Shown here piece after piece: positions 11,403-23,800 of a DNA stretch of 64,000 bases. The DNA lies in the NCBI GenBank assembly GCA_964016885.1, contig OZ024740.1, positions 433,070,001 through 433,134,000 of the forward strand. Direction: 5' to 3'. The stretch's first letter is position 1, and each line of letters starts with the position of its first letter. The position numbers were made by a program, and so were the translations under genes. The notes beneath the pieces are model-generated. The model was not told the origin of the DNA. It ran no database searches and saw nothing but the letters and a program-made list of their open reading frames with translations. The stretch is from Eledone cirrhosa (taxonomy: Eukaryota).

Positions 11403-11942
11403 CAATACTTTGTTTTAGTTAACAAGTTCAAGCTTCAGGTTTCATCATATATACCAATATATACATATATATATATATATATAGTGACAAAATCTGACAT
11501 GCAAACTGTTAAAATAGAGATGGGGAAATATTTAAAAAGCTTAAGATAACATAAGATATTCATGCCTATTGAATATAAAATGCTACAGAAATATCACATT
11601 ACATGTATTTACTTTTATATATCTGGAAATAGTTATATTGTTTATCATGTTATCATGCATTATATGGTATATATAATATATAGTTCATTAAATATCATTT
11701 TAAGGGGGTTGAATTGAGTTACATAAACCAGAAATACAGAAGCTACTTAACTCACAGAAACACAGACATCTTTTACAACATATAACAGAATACAACAGCA
11801 GAATACAATGAAATACAATCTCTCAGTTGAACCTACAACTTACAAACCAAGTATCACAACGCAGTGTTCCTAATTAATCTTACACCACACAGTTTAATTT
11901 ACTAAATTCGTTGTGTTGTAAGATATAGGGTTATAGTTTTAA

Positions 11943-12153
11943 CCCTTTAGTTACCAACCCAACCAAAACCTGCTCTGGTTCTATGAAATAAAACCACCCA
12001 TTTCAAAGGTTTCCAACATAATTATATATAAGGACCCTACATTAAGTTACTATCTTAGTAATGAAATAATTAATATTTTAGTAAATCAATGAAAATTCTT
12101 CATTAATTAATTGAAATAGAGTGTATTCTATTAGAAATGCAGTGATGAAAAGG
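11943..12153. mobile_element. Second TTAA-flanked MITE family (piggyBac-like termini), diverged
   Basis: TTAA|ccctttagttacc ... gtgatgaaaagg|TTAA imperfect terminal inverted repeats, ~210 bp. Confidence 0.55.
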
Positions 12154-12544
12154 TTAAAGCATATCCTTAAAATATTGTTATTTCTGTATAAGAAAAATAA
12201 GTAATAAAGTTTTGTAGAGTATCTAAAAAATGTATAGTGTTCCACCTATTTGAAATGTTATACGTTTACTTCATTTGAAAGAAAGTAAGACATATTAGAC
12301 ATAGATATATTTAAACTGAAGATAATGAATTCACAAAGCTAGAACGGAGGTATTTAAATAGACTTAACTAATGATTACATATACAGAGTTGTAAAACATT
12401 TAAAAGGTTTTCTTAATTATAAAGATCTCCACTAACAAAGACACATACAATCATAGATTCTGGAGAGGAATCTAGTCCCTTGGATAAGAATCTAACTTCT
12501 TTCTCAAATGTTAAACATCTTACAATTTACAAGGAATTTCATCA

Positions 12545-12752
12545 CCCTTTAACATTTACATTACTTGATATATACTATTATATTTTCACAGTAAACACTT
12601 TATCTCACATAATATCGAATCTATGAGATTTTGATGCTATTTATTTTGAGAACAATACCTTAACATAAGTATGAGTGGCAGGTTACAGCCAGCTTGAACA
12701 GAAAGAAGTGAGAGAATTCCGGCCAGATATGGCTGGTTTAAATGTTAAAGGG
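12545..12752 (+). mobile_element. ~210-bp MITE, same family as 9262-9470
   Basis: TIRs ccctttaacattta ... taaatgttaaaggg, with TTAA on the right; internal homology to the inverted copy. Confidence 0.82.
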
Positions 12753-13161
12753 TTAAGAAACAAATTTCTTTATCAAAAGAACATCAACTGGGGATTAGTG
12801 ACTTGAGAGTAAAAGCAAGACAACACAAATGAGACAGGAGAGAAGAATATGGAAAGTTAAAGATTCACAAAACATCCATAAGAGATATACTAGCTGAAAC
12901 ATTATAGAAGGATGGTGAGGGCTAGAAATCAGGTCTGCAGTTGGGACAAGGTAGCAACCAGATATAAGGTGACATGGTAGAACAGTACTGTAGACAGGGC
13001 CATAAAAACTAAGGATTGAAGGGTATGGAGGGTAGCAAGGAACTATACCAAATAGCTAAAATGAAAGCTAGATGTCAGGTTTATCTAATAAGGGGGGAAA
13101 CAGAAAGTAAAAGGTTTACCAATGTTCTGTGATTTGAAGACCAGAAGTATGAGGTGTCCTT

Positions 13162-13290
13162 GATTGTGGGGTGTACCAGAGAGAAGTGTGGAGTATACCA
13201 GAGAGAACTGGTTGTGGGAGAGAAGTGCGGGGTGTACCAAGGAGAACTGGTTGTGGGAGAGAAGTGTGAGGTATTCCTGATTGTGAGGTG
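13162..13290. repeat. Short degenerate 39-bp tandem repeat (~3 copies)
   Basis: gagaactggttgtgggagagaagtg at 13203 and 13242. Confidence 0.75.
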
Positions 13291-13294
13291 TATA

Positions 13295-13590
13295 AACAAC
13301 AGAGCAGACATGAACTGAGAGCAAAGTTGAGTATAAGAAGAATTGAAGGAGGAGTGCAAAAGAGATAATTACGTTGGCATCAACATGTGTAGAGAGAAGA
13401 GAGTGGCGAGTGGATGTAACCTGTGGCAGAGGGAGACTGAGGAAGACATGGGACAAAGTTGTGAAGAATCACCTCCAGATATTAAACTCCATGAAGGAGA
13501 TGATACGTAACTAAACTCATTGGTAATATACCATAATAGAAAAGATGAGTCAGCCAACACAAGCAGCGTGACACTAAAAATGAACATGCT
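13295..13590 (+). mobile_element. Degenerate 3' end of an RTE-type LINE
   Basis: Translation ELRAKLSIRRIEGGVQKR*LRWHQHV ... TCGRGRLRKTWDKVVKNHL matches the RTE C-terminal LRWxGHV...GRGRPxKTW pattern, with stops. Confidence 0.78.
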
Positions 13591-13669
13591 GAAAGATTGG
13601 AGGCTACAGTGTTTGTTAGGTCTGAGAGGACTCTTCTGTTTGGCTTAGCATGTGGCAACCTCTACTGCT

Positions 13670-13840
13670 GGTACTATGATAAAATACACCCAGTCTACTC
13701 TGTTAAGTGGTACTGTTGGTGTCAAGATAAAGGTACCCAGTACTCTCTTTGTAAGGTGGTTGGTGTCAAGATAAAGGTACCAGGTACTCCTTGTAAGGTG
13801 GTTGGTGTTAGAAAAGGCACCCAACTGTAGAAATCATGCT
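13670..13840 (+). repeat. Diverged interspersed repeat with ~42-bp internal duplications
   Basis: ttggtgtcaagataaaggtacc occurs twice, then ggttggtgttagaaaaggcacccaactgtagaaa, homologous to 10590-10620 (inverted). Confidence 0.55.
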
Positions 13841-14835
13841 AAATATGGAATGTAATGCGCAAGATGGGTTGCTTTGACATTAGAAATATGGGTTAAGATA
13901 CCACCCATGGTGTCTGGTAAATTGATCACTGTAGAACCAATACATTGATCTGGTGATGAATTTACTAAAAAATACAGCATTGAAACATTCATCAGACTTT
14001 TTATTCTCAGAGTAAAGACTCCAATCTAATCCAGGGCCGTCTCATTCTTATTGGAGAAACCCCTCTCTGGTTGACCTCCACCACTTTTAGTTTTAGTCAT
14101 GTCTTCAGGGATGTAGCCATACTCACTACACTTGGCCAATTTTAGGTTGGTAAGGCTATTTAATCCATAGTTGGGGTGGATGGTCATTGTCTCTGAGGAG
14201 TTCATCTGCTTTCCTTTAACATCTCTTGTTTTTTTTTTGTGGTTCTGGAGTTCTACTTACCCTCCTCACCAGACCTGGGTCTGATGGAGGACCCAGTTTA
14301 TTTGCCAACCACTCAGTCTAACTTCATTAGTGTCATGTAATAATTTGAGTCAGCGCTAACATCATACCAAGTGTAGGGAATTAAGGGTCATCCAAGTAAG
14401 TTTTATTAAAAGAAATCCATCTTTTTCTTATAATATGGTGTAAAATTAAAATCTCAAATTTTTTTCCATTTCCTTTGTTGTCACAAATTCACAATCAGAA
14501 GTCCAACTATAGTGAGGATTAGAGCCGGCAACTCACCTAATAAAATAAATCTTGAAATTAAAATATTGGTTCTTTAGAATTGAAATTAGGTTGGAACAAA
14601 ACATGTAATAGATTCTGTTTTGTTATTGATCCATTCCATCCATGTGTGCAGAGTAAGACACGTAAGTAAAAAATAACAGAAATTGAAAAATCATTTCATT
14701 TTTTAGATCATTTTCACAATTGAGGAGTTAAAGTTTCAACTATGAAAATGTATACTTAGTTTCGCCAACTGAAACTTTTCATTTTGAATTTCTAAAATTA
14801 AAAAAAAAAAAAATCAATTTGTTACCGAGGTTCAA

Positions 14836-17800
14836 ACAGTGACAAGATATTTCCTACCCAGGCTCAAAGTTATATATTCCACAGTGACAAGATATTTCCT
14901 ACCCAGGCTCAAAGGTACATATTCCAGAGTGACAAGATATTTCCTACCCAGGCTCACAGGTACATATTCCACCGTGACAAGATATTTCCTACCCAGGCTC
15001 AAAGGTACATATTCCATCGTGACAAGATATTTCCTACCCAGGCTCAAAGTTATATATTCCACAGTGACAAGATATTTCCTACCCAGGCTCAAAGGTATAT
15101 ATTCCACAGTGACAAGATATTTCCTACCCAGACTCAAAGGTATATATTCCACAGTGACAAGATATTTCCTACCCAGGCTCAAAGTTATATATTCCACAGT
15201 GACAAGATATTTCCTACTCAGGCTCAAAGTTATATATTCCACAGTGACAAGATATTTCCTACCCAGGCTCAAAGGTATATATTCCACAGTGACAAGATAT
15301 TTGCTACCCAGGCTCAAAGTTATATATGCCACAGTGACAAGATATTTGCTACCCAGGCTCAAAGTTATATATTCCACAGTGACAAGATATTTCCTACCCA
15401 GACTCAAAGGTATATATTCCACAGTGACAAGATATTTCCTACCCAGGCTCAAAGGTACATATTCCACAGTGACAAGATATTTCCTACCCAGGCTCAAAGT
15501 TATATATTCCACAGTGACAAGATATTTCCTACCCAGGCTCAAAGGTACATATTCCACAGTGACAAGATATTTCCTACCCAGGCTCAAAGGTACATATTCC
15601 AGAGTGACAAGATATTTCCTACCCAGGCTCACAGGTACATATTCCACCGTGACAAGATATTTCCTACTCAGGCTCAAAGGTACATATTCCATCGTGACAA
15701 GATATTTCCTACCCAGGCTCAAAGTTATATATTCCACAGTGACAAGATATTTCCTACCCAGGCTCAAAGGTATATATTCCACAGTGACAAGATATTTCCT
15801 ACCCAGACTCAAAGGTATATATTCCACAGTGACAAGATATTTCCTACCCAGGCTCACAGGTACATATTCCACCGTGACAAGATATTTCCTACCCAGGCTC
15901 AAAGGTACATATTCCATCGTGACAAGATATTTCCTACCCAGGCTCAAAGTTATATATTCCACAGTGACAAGATATTTCCTACCCAGGCTCAAAGGTATAT
16001 ATTCCACAGTGACAAGATATTTCCTACCCAGACTCAAAGGTATATATTCCACAGTGACAAGATATTTCCTACCCAGGCTCAAAGTTATATATTCCACAGT
16101 GACAAGATATTTCCTACTCAGGCTCAAAGGTATATATTCCACAGTGACAAGATATTTCCTACCCAGGCTCAAAGGTATATATTCCACAGTGACAAGATAT
16201 TTGCTACCCAGGCTCAAAGTTATATATGCCACAGTGACAAGATATTTGCTACCCAGGCTCAAAGTTATATATTCCACAGTGACAAGATATTTCCTACCCA
16301 GACTCAAAGGTATATATTCCACAGTGACAAGATATTTCCTACCCAGGCTCAAAGGTACATATTCCACAGTGACAAGATATTTCCTACCCAGGCTCAAAGT
16401 TATATATTCCACAGTGACAAGATATTTCCTACCCAGGCTCAAAGGTACATATTCCACAGTGACAAGATATTTCCTACCCAGGCTCAAAGGTACATATTCC
16501 AGAGTGACAAGATATTTCCTACCCAGGCTCACAGGTACATATTCCACCGTGACAAGATATTTCCTACCCAGGCTCAAAGGTACATATTCCATCGTGACAA
16601 GATATTTCCTACCTAGGCTCAAAGTTATATATTCCACAGTGACAAGATATTTCCTACCCAGGCTCAAAGGTATATATTCCACAGTGACAAGATATTTCCT
16701 ACCCAGACTCAAAGGTATATATTCCACAGTGACAAGATATTTCCTACCCAGACTCAAAGGTATATATTCCACAGTGACAAGATATTTCCTACCCAGGCTC
16801 AATGGTATATATTCCACAGTGACAATATATTTCCTACCCAGGCTCAAAGGTATATATTCCACAGTGACAAGATATTTCCTACCCATGCTCAAAGGTATAT
16901 ATTCCAAAGTGACAAGATATTTCCTACCCAGACTCAAAGGTATATATTCCACAGTGACAAGATATTTGCTACCCAGGCTCAAAGGTATATATTCCACAGT
17001 GACAAGATATTTCCTACCCAGGCTCAAAGGTATATATTCCACAGTGACAAGATATTTCCTACCCAGACTCAAAGGTACATATTCCACAATGACAAGATAT
17101 TTCCTACCCAGGCTCAAAGTTACATATTCCACAATGACAAGATATTTCCTACCCAGGCTCAAAGTTACATATTCCACAATGACAAGATATTTTCTACCTA
17201 GGCTCAAAGTTACATATTCCACAATGACAAGATATTTCCTACCCAGGCTCAAAGGTATACATTCCACAGTCACAAGATATTTGCTACCCAGGCTCAAAGT
17301 TATATATACCACAGTGACAAGATATTTGCTACCCAGATTCAAAGGTATACATTCCACAGTTACAAGATATTTCCTAGCCAGGCTCAAAGGTATATATTCC
17401 ACAGTGACAAGATATTTCCTACCCAGGCTCAAAGGTACATATTCCATCGTGACAAGATATTTCCTACCCAGGCTCAAAGTTATATATTCCACAGTGACAA
17501 GATATTTCCTACCCAGGCTCAAAGGTATATATTCCACAGTGACAAGATATTTCCTACCCAGGCTCAAAGGTACATATTCCACAGTGACAAGATATTTCCT
17601 ACCCAGGCTCAAAGGTACATATTCCAGAGTGACAAGATATTTCCTACCCAGGCTCACAGGTACATATTCCACCGTGACAAGATATTTCCTACCCAGGCTC
17701 AAAGGTACATATTCCATCGTGACAAGATATTTCCTACCCAGGCTCAAAGTTATATATTCCACAGTGACAAGATATTTCCTACCCAGGCTCAAAGGTATAT

Positions 17801-20800
17801 ACTCCACAGTGACAAGATATTTCCTACCCAGACTCAAAGGTATATATTCCACAGTGACAAGATATTTCCTACCCAGGCTCAAAGTTATATATTCCACAGT
17901 GACAAGATATTTCCTACTCAGGCTCAAAGGTATATATTCCACAGTGACAAGATATTTCCTACCCAGGCTCAAAGGTATATATTCCACAGTGACAAGATAT
18001 TTGCTACCCAGGCTCAAAGTTATATATGCCACAGTGACAAGATATTTGCTACCCAGGCTCAAAGTTATATATTCCACAGTGACAAGATATTTCCTACCCA
18101 GACTCAAAGGTATATATTCCACAGTGACAAGATATTTCCTACCCAGGCTCAAAGGTACATATTCCACAGTGACAAGATATTTCCTACCCAGGCTCAAAGT
18201 TATATATTCCACAGTGACAAGATATTTCCTACCCAGGCTCAAAGGTACATATTCCACAGTGACAAGATATTTCCTACCCAGGCTCAAAAGTACATATTCC
18301 AGAGTGACAAGATATTTCCTACCCAGGCTCACAGGTACATATTCCACCGTGACAAGATATTTCCTACCCAGGCTCAAAGGTACATATTCCATCGTGACAA
18401 GATATTTCCTACCCAGGCTCAAAGTTATATATTCCACAGTGACAAGATATTTCCTACCCAGGCTCAAAGGTATATATTCCACAGTGACAAGATATTTCCT
18501 ACCCAGACTCAAAGGTATATATTCCACAGTGACAAGATATTTCCTACCCAGGCTCAAAGTTATATATTCCACAGTGACAAGATATTTCCTACCCAGGCTC
18601 AAAGGTATATATTCCACAGTGACAAGATATTTCCTACCCAGGCTCAAAGGTACATATTCCACAGTGACAAGATATTTGCTACCCAGGCTCAAAGTTATAT
18701 ATTCCACAGTGACAAGATATTTGCTACCCAGGCTCAAAGTTATATATTCCACAGTGACAAGATATTTCCTACCCAGACTCAAAGGTATATATTCCACAGT
18801 GACAAGATATTTCCTACCCAGGCTCAAAGGTACATATTCCACAGTGACAAGATATTTCCTTCCCAGGCTCAAAGGTACATATTCCACAGTGACAAGATAT
18901 TTCCTACTCAGGCTCAAAGGTACATATTCCACAGTGACAAGATATTTCCTACCCAGGCTCAAAGGTACATATTCCACCGTGACAAGATATTTCCTACCCA
19001 GGCTCAAAGTTATATATTCCACAGTGACAAGATATTTCCTACCCAGGCTCAAAGGTATATATTCCACAGTGACAAGATATTTCCTACCCAGGGTCAAAGG
19101 TATATATTCCACAGTGACAAGATATTTCCTACCCAGTCTCAAAGGTATATATTCCACAGTGACAAGATATTTCCTACCCAGACTCAAAGGTATATATTCC
19201 ACAGTGACAAGATATTTCCTACCCAGGCTCAAAGGTACATATTCCACAGTGACAATATATTTCCTACCCAGGCTCAAAGGTATATATTCCACAGTGACAA
19301 GATATTTCCTACCCATGCTCAAAGGTATATATTCCAAAGTGACAAGATATTTCCTACCCAGACTCAAAGGTATATATTCCACAGTGACAAGATATTTGCT
19401 ACCCAGGCTCAAAGGTATATATTCCACAGTGACAAGATATTTCCTACCCAGGCTCAAAGGTATATATTCCACAGTGACAAGATATTTCCTACCCAGACTC
19501 AAAGGTACATATTCCACAATGACAAGATATTTCCTACCCAGGCTCAAAGTTACATATTCCACAATGACAAGATATTTCCTACCCAGACTCAAAGTTACAT
19601 ATTCCACAATGACAAGATATTTTCTACCTAGGCTCAAAGTTACATATTCCACAATGACAAGATATTTCCTACCCAGGCTCAAAGGTATACATTCCACAGT
19701 CACAAGATATTTGCTACCCAGGCTCAAAGTTATATATACCACAGTGACAAGATATTTGCTACCCAGATTCAAAGGTATACATTCCACAGTTACAAGATAT
19801 TTCCTACCCAGGCTCAAAGGTATATATTCCACAGTGACAAGATATTTCCTACCCAGACTCAAAGGTACATATTCCACAATGACAAGATATTTTCTACCCA
19901 GGCTCAAAGTTACATATTCCACAATGACAAGATATTTCCTACCCAGGCTCAAAGTTACATATTCCACAATGACAAGATATTTCCTACCTAGGCTCAAAGT
20001 TACATATTCCACAATGACAAGATATTTCCTACCCAGGCTCAAAGGTATACATTCCACAGTCACAAGATATTTGCTACCCAGGCTCAAAGTTATATATACC
20101 ACAGTGACAAGATAATTGCTACCCAGACTCAAAGGTATACATTCCACAGTGACAAGATATTTCCTACACAGGCTCAAAGGTATATATTCCACAGTGACAA
20201 GATATTTCCTACCCAGACTCAAAGATATATATTCCACAGTGACAAGATATTTCCTACCCAGGCTCAAAGTTATATATTCCACAGTGACAAGATATTTCCT
20301 ACTCAGGCTCAAAGGTATATATTCCACAGTGACAAGATATTTCCTACCCAGGCTCAAAGGTATATATTCCACAGTGACAAGATATTTGCTACCCAGGCTC
20401 AAAGTTATATATGCCACAGTGACAAGATATTTGCTACCCAGGCTCAAAGTTATATATTCCACAGTGACAAGATATTTGCTACCCAGACTCAAAGGTATAT
20501 ATTCCACAGTGACAAGATATTTCCTACCCAGGATCAAAGGTACATATTCCACAGTGACAAGATATTTGCTACCCAGGCTCAAAGTTATATATTCCACAGT
20601 GACAAGATATTTGCTACCCAGGCTCAAAGTTATATATTCCACAGTGACAAGATATTTCCTACCCAGACTCAAAGGTATATATTCCACAGTGACATGATAT
20701 TTCCTACCCAGGCTCAAAGGTACATATTCCACAGTGACAAGATATTTCCTTCCCAGGCTCAAAGGTACATATTCCACAGTGACAAGATATTTCCTACTCA

Positions 20801-23800
20801 GGCTCAAAGGTACATATTCCACAGTGACAAGATATTTCCTACCCAGGCTCAAAGGTACATATTCCACCGTGACAAGATATTTCCTACCCAGGCTCAAAGT
20901 TATATATTCCACAGTGACAAGATATTTCCTACCCAGGCTCAAAGGTATATATTCCACAGTGACAAGATATTTCCTACCCAGGGTCAAAGGTATATATTCC
21001 ACAGTGACAAGATATTTCCTACCCAGTCTCAAAGGTATATATTCCACAGTGACAAGATATTTCCTACCCAGACTCAAAGGTATATATTCCACAGTGACAA
21101 GATATTTCCTACCCAGGCTCAAAGGTATATATTCCACAGTGACAATATATTTCCTACCCAGGCTCAAAGGTATATATTCCACAGTGACAAGATATTTCCT
21201 ACCCATGCTCAAAGGTATATATTCCAAAGTGACAAGATATTTCCTACCCAGACTCAAAGGTATATATTCCACAGTGACAAGATATTTGCTACCCAGGCTC
21301 AAAGGTATATATTCCACAGTGACAAGATATTTCCTACCCAGGCTCAAAGGTATATATTCCACAGTGACAAGATATTTCCTACCCAGACTCAAAGGTACAT
21401 ATTCCACAATGACAAGATATTTCCTACCCAGGCTCAAAGTTACATATTCCACAATGACAAGATATTTCCTACCCAGGCTCAAAGTTACATATTCCACAAT
21501 GACAAGATATTTTCTACCTAGGCTCAAAGTTACATATTCCACAATGACAAGATATTTCCTACCCAGGCTCAAAGGTATACATTCCACAGTCACAAGATAT
21601 TTGCTACCCAGGCTCAAAGTTATATATACCACAGTGACAAGATATTTGCTACCCAGATTCAAAGGTATACATTCCACAGTTACAAGATATTTCCTACCCA
21701 GGCTCAAAGGTATATATTCCACAGTGACAAGATATTTCCTACCCAGACTCAAAGGTACATATTCCACAATGACAAGATATTTCCTACCCAGGCTCAAAGT
21801 TACATATTCCACAATGACAAGATATTTCCTACCCAGGCTCAAAGTTACATATTCCACAATGACAAGATATTTCCTACCTAGGCTCAAAGTTACATATTCC
21901 ACAATGACAAGATATTTCCTACCCAGGCTCAAAGGTATACATTCCACAGTCACAAGATATTTGCTACCCAGGCTCAAAGTTATATATACCACAGTGACAA
22001 GATAATTGCTACCCAGACACAAAGGTATACATTCCACAGTGACAAGATATTTCCTACAAAGGCTCAAAGGTATATATTCCACAGTGACAAGATATTTCCT
22101 ACCCAGGCTCAAAGTTATATATTCCACAGTGACAAGATATTTCCTACCCAGGCTCAAAGGTATATATTCCACAGTGACAAGATATTTCCTACCCAGACTC
22201 AAAGATATATATTCCACAGTGACAAGATATTTCCTACCCAGGCTCAAAGTTATATATTCCACAGTGACAAGATATTTCCTACCCAGGCTCAAAGGTATAT
22301 ATTCCACAGTGACAAGATATTTCCTACCCAGACTCAAAGATATATATTCCACAGTGACAAGATATTTCCTACCCAGGCTCAAAGTTATATATTCCACAGT
22401 GACAAGATATTTCCTACTCAGGCTCAAAGGTATATATTCCACAGTGACAAGATATTTCCTACCCAGGCTCAAAGGTATATATTCCACAGTGACAAGATAT
22501 TTGCTACCCAGGCTCAAAGTTATATATGCCACAGTGACAAGATATTTGCTACCCAGGCTCAAAGTTATATATTCCACAGTGACAAGATATTTGCTACCCA
22601 GACTCAAAGGTATATATTCCACAGTGACAAGATATTTCCTACCCAGGCTCAAAGGTACATATTCCACAGTGACAAGATATTTCCTACCCAGGCTCAAAGT
22701 TATATATTCCACAGTGACAAGATATTTCCTACCCAGGCTCAAAGGTACATATTCCACAGTGACAAGATATTTCCTACCCAGGCTCAAAGGTACATATTCC
22801 AGAGTGACAAGATATTTCCTACCCAGGCTCACAGGTACATATTCCACCGTGACAAGATATTTCCTACCCAGGCTCAAAGGTACATATTCCATCGTGACAA
22901 GATATTTCCTACCCAGGCTCAAAGTTATATATTCCACAGTGACAAGATATTTCCTACCCAGGCTCAAAGGTATATATTCCACAGTGACAAGATATTTCCT
23001 ACCCAGACTCAAAGGTATATATTCCACAGTGACAAGATATTTCCTACCCAAGCTCAAAGTTATATATTCCACAGTGACAAGATATTTCCTACTCAGGCTC
23101 AAAGGTATATATTCCACAGTGACAAGATATTTCCTACCCAGGCTCAAAGGTACATATTCCACAGTGACAAGATATTTGCTACCCAGGCTCAAAGTTATAT
23201 ATTCCACAGTGACAAGATATTTGCTACCCAGGCTCAAAGTTATATATTCCACAGTGACAAGATATTTCCTACCCAGACTCAAAGGTATATATTCCACAGT
23301 GACAAGATATTTCCTACCCAGGCTCAAAGGTACATATTCCACAGTGACAAGATATTTCCTACCCAGGCTCAAAGGTACATATTCCACAGTGACAAGATAT
23401 TTCCTACCCAGGCTCAAAGGTACATATTCCACAGTGACAAGATATTTCCTACCCAGGCTCAAAGGTACATATTCCACCGTGACAAGATATTTCCTACCCA
23501 GGCTCAAAGTTATATATTCCACAGTGACAAGATATTTCCTACCCAGGCTCAAAGGTATATATTCCACAGTGACAAGATATTTCCTACCCAGGGTCAAAGG
23601 TATATATTCCACAGTGACAAGATATTTCCTACCCAGTCTCAAAGGTATATATTCCACAGTGACAAGATATTTCCTACCCAGGCTCAAAGGTACATATTCC
23701 ACAGTGACAAGATATTTCCTACCCAGGCTCAAAGGTACATATTCCAGAGTGACAAGATATTTCCTACCCAGGCTCACAGGTACATATTCCACCGTGACAA

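Noticed and set aside
6444-11549. IYIYIY-type ORFs (6444, 7050, 11243, 11355)
   Set aside because: Translations of (TA)n microsatellites.
13081-13587. Minus-strand ORFs with a 13-aa repeat
   Set aside because: Explained by a 39-bp minisatellite and the antisense strand of a LINE fragment; no credible acceptor.
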